From positions 1-23,097 of the forward strand of contig JAZDPL010000044.1 in NCBI GenBank assembly GCA_043797665.1: DNA of 23,097 nt, read 5' to 3'. The stretch's first letter is position 1, and each line of letters starts with the position of its first letter. The position numbers and the translations under genes were made by a program. This DNA comes from Candidatus Omnitrophota bacterium (GTDB lineage: Bacteria; Ratteibacteria; UBA8468; MWAK01). Positions 8,177 through 15,696 of this stretch are shown here, piece by piece. The notes under the pieces are model-generated. The model ran no database searches, had not been told where the DNA came from, and was given only the letters and a program-made list of their open reading frames with translations.

Positions 8177-9088
8177 ATGAAACAGCAAAGTGATTATATC
8201 ACGCTGGAAAGTTTTTTAGGGGTACAAGACCAAAGATTGTCCTTCCTCTTTGGGAGCACACTCTGGAATGTCACCAACCTCCAGTTCAATATCCACAAAA
8301 TCAATTCCGGTACCAAGCCTCATATCCATCCGGACTTCCAGGTTATCTATTACTTTAAAGGCACCGGTACCCAAACTATTGGGAACAAAAGATATGATAT
8401 TGTCCCTCAATCCGTAGTCTTTATTCCGCCTCATAAAGTACATTCCTTCCAGCCTTCTGTTGGGAATATCGTGGAAGCCTTCACTTTACGGTTCACTTTT
8501 ATTTGGAATTTAGGGGAGAAAAAACGGGAAATAGAAAAAGATAAGGATATCACGGAAATTATCCGGATTCTCTATACTAAAAATCCCAAGTGTATTAAAC
8601 TCAACTTCCAGGAAGCGGAAAAAGTCGATGAGATTATTCAAAAAATAACCGAGGAATTGAATCTGAAGGAGTTTGGGCATTCTCTGGCGTTAAGAGGCTA
8701 TATTTTACTCATTCTTCGATATTTCCTTTTAGGTGGGATAAAAAAGGGAGAAGGAACTAAACTTCTTTCCAGAACACAAATTGTTTTTCTGAAAGCAGAT
8801 TCCTTTATAACCCAGAATGTAGGAAAAGTGCTCACCCTGTCTGAAGTGGCAGATTACTGTTGCATTTCGCCCAGTTATCTCCAAAAAATCTTTAAACAGT
8901 TTTTAGGCCGTAGTTTTTTAAGATATACCGCAGAAACAAAGGTTGAATATGTTAAAAATCTTCTCAAAACAACATCCCTTTCCATAAAAACGATTGCCGG
9001 AAGATGTGGAATCTTTGACAGTAATTATTTTACCCGCCTCTTCAAAAAGATTGAAGGCTGTTCTCCGACGGAATTCAGAAGCAGATAA
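8177..9088 (+). CDS. AraC-family transcriptional regulator with N-terminal cupin
   Basis: Cupin PHIHPDFQVIY..G.G..FIPPHKVH. C-terminal dual HTH LSEVA..ISPSYLQKIFK..SIKTIAGRCGIFDSNYFTRLFKKIEGCSPTEFR. Confidence 0.95.
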   Translation: MKQQSDYITLESFLGVQDQRLSFLFGSTLWNVTNLQFNIHKINSGTKPHIHPDFQVIYYFKGTGTQTIGNKRYDIVPQSVVFIPPHKVHSFQPSVGNIVEAFTLRFTFIWNLGEKKREIEKDKDITEIIRILYTKNPKCIKLNFQEAEKVDEIIQKITEELNLKEFGHSLALRGYILLILRYFLLGGIKKGEGTKLLSRTQIVFLKADSFITQNVGKVLTLSEVADYCCISPSYLQKIFKQFLGRSFLRYTAETKVEYVKNLLKTTSLSIKTIAGRCGIFDSNYFTRLFKKIEGCSPTEFRSR

Positions 9089-9149
9089 TTCTCCATAATT
9101 GTGCTAATCTTTTCCTCTTTTGTTCTATAACTTCCTTCCTTCTCTGCGG

Positions 9150-9155
9150 TATAAT
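9150..9155 (+). promoter_or_regulatory. Consensus -10 box (TATAAT) 6 nt upstream of the ATG at 9162; probable leaderless promoter
   Basis: TATAAT-AGAAGC-ATG, with no Shine-Dalgarno and no recognisable -35 at 17-bp spacing. Confidence 0.55.
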
Positions 9156-9161
9156 AGAAGC

Positions 9162-10073
9162 ATGAAAATAAATTTGTCAGGACTGATTCCGGCCATAGTA
9201 ATACCCTTTCAGACAGACTTCAGTCTTGATGAGGAAACAATGAGGTTGTACGTCCAGAGAATAAGTTCCTGTGGAATTAAAGGTCTTGCAGTAAATACTG
9301 ATGCCGGTGAAGGCCATTTCCTCCTTCCGGAAGAAAGAAAAAAGATAGTTGTTCTTGCAAAAGAAATTGTTCCGGATAAAGTTCCGGTAATTTGCGGCCT
9401 GGGTGGGGCCACTACCTTTCAGGCTGTGGAAATGGCGAAAGAGTTTAAGGATTTAGGAGTTGACTGTTTTTTGGTCTTTCCTCATCCGGCTTTTCGGGGA
9501 GGTGGCAATAATAAAGATAAGGTGGTAATCAACTACCACCAGCAAATTGCCCGGGTCGGAATACCTCTGATAATCTTCCAACTTCAGGAAGAACTGGGAG
9601 GAACACATTACGGTTTAGAAACCCTGGCGGAACTGACAAAAATAGATGAGGTGGTAGCAATCAAAGAGGCCTCTTTTGATGCTTTAGAATTCAAAGAGAC
9701 GGTCTCTTTTCTAAATTCCTTGCGTAAAAAAATAGTCATCCTTACGGGAAACGATAATTTCATTCCGGAATCATTTCTTTTGGGTGCGAACGGTGCCTTA
9801 ATCGGGTTTGGTGCCATTTTCACTGAAATTCAGGTCGAGGTAATTAACCTGCTACAAACGAAAAGATATAACCAAGCCCTGGCGCTTTTTGACAAAATTT
9901 CAGAAATATGCCGGTATTGTTTCCGGGCCCCGGTAAGAGATTACCGGGCCAGGATTAAAGAAGTACTGGTTGCTCAGGGTATATTCAAAACAAGTTTGGT
10001 GCGACCTCCTTTGCTCCCCCTTTCTAAGAAAGAGAGAGAAGAAATTCGGACTTTAATACAATTGAATAATTAA
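9162..10073 (+). CDS. Dihydrodipicolinate synthase/N-acetylneuraminate lyase family protein (non-canonical active site)
   Basis: GLIPAIVIPF, VNTDAGEG, VPVICGLG, VVAIKEAS (Schiff-base Lys), ILTGND, GANGALIG, VRPPLLPL. The ATG at 9162 fits the family N-terminus better than TTG 9120. Confidence 0.88.
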   Translation: MKINLSGLIPAIVIPFQTDFSLDEETMRLYVQRISSCGIKGLAVNTDAGEGHFLLPEERKKIVVLAKEIVPDKVPVICGLGGATTFQAVEMAKEFKDLGVDCFLVFPHPAFRGGGNNKDKVVINYHQQIARVGIPLIIFQLQEELGGTHYGLETLAELTKIDEVVAIKEASFDALEFKETVSFLNSLRKKIVILTGNDNFIPESFLLGANGALIGFGAIFTEIQVEVINLLQTKRYNQALALFDKISEICRYCFRAPVRDYRARIKEVLVAQGIFKTSLVRPPLLPLSKKEREEIRTLIQLNN

Positions 10074-10121
10074 CGGGGTCGGATTCATCCGACCCGCGGG
10101 CTTGATAAATCAAGCCCCTAC
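10072..10121 (+). repeat. 50-bp GTAG REP doublet, copy 2 (intergenic, slightly degenerate)
   Basis: Same stems as copies 1 and 3. The left GTAG reads AACG (overlapping the TAA stop) and the first loop reads TTCA. Confidence 0.9.
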
Positions 10122-10136
10122 ACAATTCTGGCATTT

Positions 10137-11327
10137 ATGGAAAAAAAGTTATCTAAATTAAAAAAACTGCACGACTATTTTTCAGTTACCTCCATCCCCA
10201 ATAATTTTTCGGAGATAATAAAAGAAGAATTGGAAATCAATTTGGAAGGCAAATACGGCCCATACTTTCTTAAGAATCCGATCCTGATTGCCCCCGGGCA
10301 ACTCACCGTGAATACTAATCAGATTTCAAGGATAAAAGATGCCGGTTACGCGGGTTGCATCCTGAAATCTGTGGTGGGCGAAGACAAAAAGGGTAACTGC
10401 TCTATGGGATGTCAAAGAAGAAAGGCAACTTATACCCAAACAGTTTATGATACTGATGACCGGAAAGGCTCCTTTCCCATTATTCACTGGGATGGCCGGG
10501 GTGACACCAGAACGCTTTCGGAATATCTTCTGTTTGCCCGGGAAGCAATAAAATATTCTGATGTAGGGGTCGGATTTATCCGACCCGCGGGCTTGATAAA
10601 TCAAGCCCCTACAAGTATTGATGTAAATTTATTTAATGCGTTTGTATTAGTTGCCTCAACCCTTTGCCATTTACCTTCACCCAGGGAAGAGATTAAAGAA
10701 GAAGAGTGGCTTTTTACGGCCAAGAATCTTTTTAGCCTGGGATACAACCTTTTAGAAATTGACTTCTGCCCTTCTTTAAAAAAGGAAGACGGTTTAATTG
10801 TGGAAAAAGAGAATATCCTGCGGTGGTATAAGACTGTCCCTTCTCTGATAAAATCTGCGTCTCCCCGGATTATGGTCTATCCTAAATTACTCAACCTTGA
10901 TTGGGGTTTGGATTTTCAAATCCGGATGGTGGCAGCAGCACAAGAAGGAAAATCTGATGGTATAATAGTAGCCAATAGAATCTTCAAGGAAGAGTATAAC
11001 TCTGCCCACGGAGGAAAAGAGTTGAGAGAACGAAATTTGCGTATGGTAAAAGAGATCAAGAAAACCTTCCCGGATATCCCCATTTCTGCTACCGGAGGAA
11101 TTTATTCTGGCCGGCACGTCTTTGATTACCTTAATGCCGGTGCAGAAAATGTTCAACTCCTAAGTTATATTATGGGTAAAGTCAACACCCCTTTTGCCAG
11201 AAAAACAGGTAATAAACTTGAAAAGGTCTTCCACAATCTAATGTTAGACCCGGAAGACGGTCTTATTTCGTGCATGTTACAATTGTGTCACCCTGAGCGC
11301 CGGCGAAGGGTCTCGTCTTTTGGATGA
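10137..11327 (+). CDS. Dihydroorotate/dihydropyrimidine dehydrogenase-like FMN TIM-barrel protein
   Basis: LKNPILIAPG, ILKSV, LEIDFCP, VYPKL, DGIIVAN, PISATGGIYSG..YLNAGAENVQL. It is divergent from true PyrD. Confidence 0.72.
   Translation: MEKKLSKLKKLHDYFSVTSIPNNFSEIIKEELEINLEGKYGPYFLKNPILIAPGQLTVNTNQISRIKDAGYAGCILKSVVGEDKKGNCSMGCQRRKATYTQTVYDTDDRKGSFPIIHWDGRGDTRTLSEYLLFAREAIKYSDVGVGFIRPAGLINQAPTSIDVNLFNAFVLVASTLCHLPSPREEIKEEEWLFTAKNLFSLGYNLLEIDFCPSLKKEDGLIVEKENILRWYKTVPSLIKSASPRIMVYPKLLNLDWGLDFQIRMVAAAQEGKSDGIIVANRIFKEEYNSAHGGKELRERNLRMVKEIKKTFPDIPISATGGIYSGRHVFDYLNAGAENVQLLSYIMGKVNTPFARKTGNKLEKVFHNLMLDPEDGLISCMLQLCHPERRRRVSSFG
10563..10612 (+). repeat. 50-bp GTAG REP doublet, copy 3, in frame inside the DHOD-like CDS
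   Basis: Identical to 4807..4856. Begins at codon 143 and encodes VGVGFIRPAGLINQAPT. Confidence 0.95.
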
Positions 11328-11360
11328 GATTCTTCGGTAAAAGATGCCTCAGAATGACAC
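11285..11360. repeat. 76-bp GTCA..TGAC-terminated palindromic element (CGTC/TGTC-tagged class)
   Basis: Outer IR GTGTCACCCTGAG / CTCAGAATGACAC (11/13); inner IR CGAAGGGTCTC / GAGATTCTTCG (9/11). Confidence 0.78.
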
Positions 11361-11376
11361 CAGAAAAAGGAGGCAA

Positions 11377-12123
11377 ATGGCTATAAAAAAGTTAGTGCGG
11401 TCCAGGCACAGAAACAGTTTCACCCTGATCGAGCTTTTGGTCGTTATCGCGATTATTGCGTTATTGGCGGCGATGTTGCTACCGGCGTTAAGCCAGGCTC
11501 GCGAAAAAGCCCGTCAGGCAAATTGTCTCAGTAACCTGAAACAGCTTTACATCCTCCTGTGCATGTATTCACAGGACAATGACGGGTACCTGATTCCTGC
11601 CAACTATCAAGGGGTATCGGGCACGACGTGGAGTGAACTTCTGAAAAAAGCATCCTATCTCAAATATGATATTTATAACGACTGGCGGGGGGGCTACGGC
11701 GGAATCAACGAGCCTGTTCAGTGCCCGAAATGGGCAAAGCGTATCTATGGGTCCGGATCTGTAAAATACAGTTACTGCGTCAATAGTCACCAGTGCTTCA
11801 GGGCATTAGTGCCGGAGGATCCGGCTTTAGGCTACGGATGGCGGAAACTGGATAACGTCAGCCGCCCTTCCGAGCGTTTCTGGGTGTGTGACGGATCAAC
11901 CTCTTCCGGGTATGGATATGGCGTTGCGTGCAGGTATAACGACGCATCTCCAATGACCACTTGGATAGATACATCAAACTCTCCGTACATGGGCAACTAT
12001 CTTGACCGCCATAATGGCGGAATCAATCTCCTTTATTTTGACGGTCATGCGGCATGGTGGAACGGGCCTCTTCCCGGACAGGCTACACAGCTCTTTGCAG
12101 ATAATGCGATAGTTCCCTGGTAA
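11377..12123 (+). CDS. DUF1559-type prepilin N-terminal cleavage/methylation protein with H-X9-DG motif
   Basis: [54 protein letters not shown]-terminal [15 protein letters not shown]. Confidence 0.93.
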   Translation: MAIKKLVRSRHRNSFTLIELLVVIAIIALLAAMLLPALSQAREKARQANCLSNLKQLYILLCMYSQDNDGYLIPANYQGVSGTTWSELLKKASYLKYDIYNDWRGGYGGINEPVQCPKWAKRIYGSGSVKYSYCVNSHQCFRALVPEDPALGYGWRKLDNVSRPSERFWVCDGSTSSGYGYGVACRYNDASPMTTWIDTSNSPYMGNYLDRHNGGINLLYFDGHAAWWNGPLPGQATQLFADNAIVPW

Positions 12124-12133
12124 AGGAGGAAAA

Positions 12134-13159
12134 ATGAAACGGATATTTATTGGGGTGTTGTTCGGTTTGGGATGGGAGGCGCTCGTTACAGCAGGAACGA
12201 TAGGCGGTGTTGCGGTATCCGTAGAAAAGACGGTGAGTCCTGCAGTGATACAGGTGATCGAGGATAAAGCGGCGCAGATGTCTTCAGATCCAGGTCCCCT
12301 GCAGAGTCAGACCGTTTTCCGCAAGCAGGTGCGTATGGATTCCGGTATTGTGAAATTCTGTCTCTGGTACGGCTGGTGTCCTGATGCACCGAATGCAGAC
12401 GGGAGTAAAGGAACGCTGGAACGGTTCGGAGTTTGGATGCCGGGCAAAGCGACCTGGCACTACAGCGAGGCATTCAGGCCGACGGTTGACGGAAGGTCTG
12501 TTATTGTATCCGTCCCTGCGCAGATTAAAACATGGACTGAAGGCGCTTCAGCCTTTACGGAATTTTCGTGGGACGACCCGAACGTCAAAACAAAATTTCT
12601 CTGCCGTCTTGCCGGCGGAGACGACCGACTCTTCTGCAAATGGGTTTTTGAACCGGCTGAAAAGAATGCCTCCGGAGCGATCGTTATGACGCTTAACACG
12701 GTTCCAGGAGGATTCGGCAAGGCATCCGGAGAAATTCTGCGGGACAAGATTCTCGCAACTGCCCGGAAGGAATATTCGGATCAGATAACGAAAGACAATG
12801 TTGAAAAGAGCACAGTTTTTGACCTTGAGACCAATGCACGCGATGAAGTAAAGGGCCGCCGGACGTTTAAGATTATGCCATCAGAAAGCACATGGCTCTT
12901 TGTAGCGGACAGGGTGCTGGATCCGGAAACAAATCCTGAATCCGAAGGAGGGGGCGGGCTGGTCTTTATTCCCGAAGAACTGAATTCTATCATTGTGCCC
13001 ATGACACACTCGCAATTCCCCATTCAGATTGAAGCTGCTCCCGGTGTAAAGACCCTTCGTTTTGCGCTCTTCAGCTTTTTCAAGCAACCAAACAGCATCG
13101 GACTCCAGCAGATTCGCACGCGTTCCGGGGAGACACTTGAACTTTTGAGGAAATGGTGA
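12134..13159 (+). CDS. Hypothetical exported protein
   Basis: RBS AAGGAGG, signal-peptide-like N-terminus MKRIFIGVLFGLG, 341-aa ORF with operonic spacing. No motif recognised. Confidence 0.8.
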   Translation: MKRIFIGVLFGLGWEALVTAGTIGGVAVSVEKTVSPAVIQVIEDKAAQMSSDPGPLQSQTVFRKQVRMDSGIVKFCLWYGWCPDAPNADGSKGTLERFGVWMPGKATWHYSEAFRPTVDGRSVIVSVPAQIKTWTEGASAFTEFSWDDPNVKTKFLCRLAGGDDRLFCKWVFEPAEKNASGAIVMTLNTVPGGFGKASGEILRDKILATARKEYSDQITKDNVEKSTVFDLETNARDEVKGRRTFKIMPSESTWLFVADRVLDPETNPESEGGGGLVFIPEELNSIIVPMTHSQFPIQIEAAPGVKTLRFALFSFFKQPNSIGLQQIRTRSGETLELLRKW

Positions 13160-13169
13160 AGGAGAAAAC

Positions 13170-15650
13170 ATGAAGAAGTGCGTGTTGATGGGTGTCTTTG
13201 CCGTTGCCGTGGCACTCTTTTCTTCCGTCGGTCTCACAGCAGAGGAGGAACCGGCAGGAATGTTCCTGAAGGCGAACGGCCGCAAACTTCAGTGCATCGC
13301 AATTTCTGACGATACGAATTCGGTTGCCCGTTTCGCCGCGGAAGAACTGCAGAAATACTGCGCTCAATCCTTCGGCGTGAAACTGCCGATTGTTACTGCG
13401 TCTCCGACCGTACCAAAACCGGCTTTTGTCATCGGAAAAAACGTCATTACGGATGCGTTGGGACTTGATACATCCGGACTGCCCAGGGAAGGGTTCTACT
13501 TGAAGACAACCGATGACTATGTGATTATTGCCGGCGACGACCATCCGCTCTTCACGTACAAAGAGATGAAGGAAGGATACTGGCATCCGAAGTATGACCG
13601 GGACGCAGCCACGCGCGTTGGAACACTGTTCGGTGTGTATACCTTCCTCAAGAAAATCGTCGGCGTTAACTGGTATTTCCCCGGTCCCCTCGGCGAGGTT
13701 GTTCCGGCACAAAAAATGTTGAAGATTCCTCCTATGGATTTTACGGTGGGTCCGTCCTTCACTCAGAGGAAAATCTGGGTCGGCAACGACCACACCGGTA
13801 CGACGGAACTACCCATGCCGGAAATTTCCGACAGCAGGTTCCTCACCGAACATGTCTGGGGATTACGCAGCCGTCTGGGATTTTCCTGGGCGTGCCAGGG
13901 CAGCCACGGAATGTGGTTCTGGGGAGGTCTCTTCGGCAAAGACCACCCGGAATATTTTTCGCTGGTTGACGGGGAGCGGACGAACGATTGGGGCTGGATC
14001 GGTACGAACAGAACAGGAGCTGGCCGTGATTTCTGCTGGGCGAATCCTGCAACCATCCACCAGCAGATTGAGGAGATGCGGCTGTTTTTCGGAGGGGAAA
14101 TCAAGCGGCATATGTGGGTCTGGACCTATTCCGACATAAATCATTTCCCGATTGGTGCTAATGATGGGACTATGCGTTACTGTGAGTGTCCGGATTGTTC
14201 TAAATGGTACTATCAAGATAAAAACGGTAAGCGGATGGTTCAAGATGCCTACTATTACCATGTAGCCGAAGTTGCCAAGGCAGCGCAAAAGGAATTCCCG
14301 GGCAAATATATCGTCGTCCTTGCTTACGGGAGCGCCAACCGCTTCTATCCGCCGAAGAATGTCAAACTGCCGGGGAACGTCAAGATTGCCCTTGCCGGTG
14401 CCTTACCGGCCGCATTGGCAGAACCGAAGGCCGCGGATGAATGGAAGAAATTATTTGAAGAGTGGCGTTCCAAGGCGCCCATCTGTATGGTCTGGATGTA
14501 TACCGATAGTTTCCGCAGTAACGTTCCGCACCTGCCGCTGGTGATTCCGCATCTGGTTGCCAAGGAGATAAAAGCGCTGGCCGGAAAGACAGAGGGATTT
14601 TTTTTCTGCGGAGGAGAAACGGAAACTGGGCCCTACACCCAACCCGAATACTATCTTGCCGCAGAATTGATGTGGGATGTAAAGCAGGATACCGAGGAAC
14701 TCCTTGACGAGTTCTACCGGTCGCTCTACGGAAAAGCGGCCGGTTCGGTGAAGGCATGCTATACCTATCTGGAAAACCTGTGGCTGGAGGAATACCCGAA
14801 GAATTACTCCGGCATGAGCGCCAAATCGCCGGATCAGGCGGAGATTTTCTGGCAGCAGATATTTACGCCGGAGCGGCTGGTGAAAGCACTGGCCTTTATT
14901 GATCAGGCAAGAATGTCCGTGGAAAAATATTCGCCGGAATGGAACCGGGTGAACCGCTGTGAAACACAGCTTCTGCAGTCGCTCGGCTATTCGTTGAAAG
15001 CCGGACTGAAGACAAAGGTTGCCCAGGAAGAAGCGGCAGACCAAAAAGCGCTTCCGGTGAAAGTAGGGAACCCTCCCCCGCTGATTGACGGGAAGATTGA
15101 CGACCAAACATGGAACCGGCCTCCGGACGGCAGGATGGTGTATGTCAGCAACGGAGCCGAAGCAGACCAGCAGACGCTGGTGTGGCTCGCACAGGACAAA
15201 GACAATTTTTATATCGCGGTCAAGTGCATGGAATCGGCGATGAACCAGCTCGCCGCAAAAAAAAGCCCTTCTCCGGAATCTTTTATGCAAACCATCTTTG
15301 GCGATAATGATGACGTGGAACTTTTTTTTGATACCACCAACAGTTGTAGTAAATATTATCAGATTGCTCTTGACCCTACCGGACAAACCTGGTCTGCAGG
15401 ACCGAAGGGTTCCGACATCACCAAGGTTGATTTCAGGTATGCCGCGGGAATGTTTGATGCATACTGGACTGCCGAATTTGCCATTCCTTTTTCCCAAATC
15501 GGCGGCACCCCTGCGTCGGGGACACGGTGGGGTATCAATGTCACGCGGACACAGCGGCCGAAAGCAGGAGAGAAGGAAACAAAGTACTATGCCTGGTTTC
15601 CCTCGGGAAACTTTCATGAAGCGGCAAAGTTCGGAAAAATTCAGTTCTAA
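13170..15650 (+). CDS. Exported DUF4838-domain putative glycoside hydrolase with C-terminal CBM9-like domain
   Basis: Signal peptide; GH20/GH67-N-like AAEELQKY..EGF..IAG..GTLFGVYTFL..GVNWYFPG; HPEYFSLVDGER; CWANP; ND..YCECPDC; LAYG; C-terminal PLIDGKIDD.W..LAQDKDNFYIAVKC..DDVELFFD..WTAEFAIPF..WGINVTR. Confidence 0.8.
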   Translation: MKKCVLMGVFAVAVALFSSVGLTAEEEPAGMFLKANGRKLQCIAISDDTNSVARFAAEELQKYCAQSFGVKLPIVTASPTVPKPAFVIGKNVITDALGLDTSGLPREGFYLKTTDDYVIIAGDDHPLFTYKEMKEGYWHPKYDRDAATRVGTLFGVYTFLKKIVGVNWYFPGPLGEVVPAQKMLKIPPMDFTVGPSFTQRKIWVGNDHTGTTELPMPEISDSRFLTEHVWGLRSRLGFSWACQGSHGMWFWGGLFGKDHPEYFSLVDGERTNDWGWIGTNRTGAGRDFCWANPATIHQQIEEMRLFFGGEIKRHMWVWTYSDINHFPIGANDGTMRYCECPDCSKWYYQDKNGKRMVQDAYYYHVAEVAKAAQKEFPGKYIVVLAYGSANRFYPPKNVKLPGNVKIALAGALPAALAEPKAADEWKKLFEEWRSKAPICMVWMYTDSFRSNVPHLPLVIPHLVAKEIKALAGKTEGFFFCGGETETGPYTQPEYYLAAELMWDVKQDTEELLDEFYRSLYGKAAGSVKACYTYLENLWLEEYPKNYSGMSAKSPDQAEIFWQQIFTPERLVKALAFIDQARMSVEKYSPEWNRVNRCETQLLQSLGYSLKAGLKTKVAQEEAADQKALPVKVGNPPPLIDGKIDDQTWNRPPDGRMVYVSNGAEADQQTLVWLAQDKDNFYIAVKCMESAMNQLAAKKSPSPESFMQTIFGDNDDVELFFDTTNSCSKYYQIALDPTGQTWSAGPKGSDITKVDFRYAAGMFDAYWTAEFAIPFSQIGGTPASGTRWGINVTRTQRPKAGEKETKYYAWFPSGNFHEAAKFGKIQF

Positions 15651-15696
15651 GAACCAGCGTGTGGCGTGAGACCAACGTGAGACCAATAGGATATCC

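Noticed and set aside
4807..10612. CRISPR array interpretation of the 50-bp repeat
   Set aside because: The copies are dispersed (about 5.3 kb and 0.5 kb apart), with no regular spacers and no cas genes.
9162..11327. Assigning the symbols dapA and pyrD
   Set aside because: Key active-site motifs deviate, so only family-level calls are supported.
11344..11376. Longer ORF-track start for the DUF1559 gene (MPQND...)
   Set aside because: It begins inside the palindromic element; ATG 11377 follows an AAGGAGG RBS.
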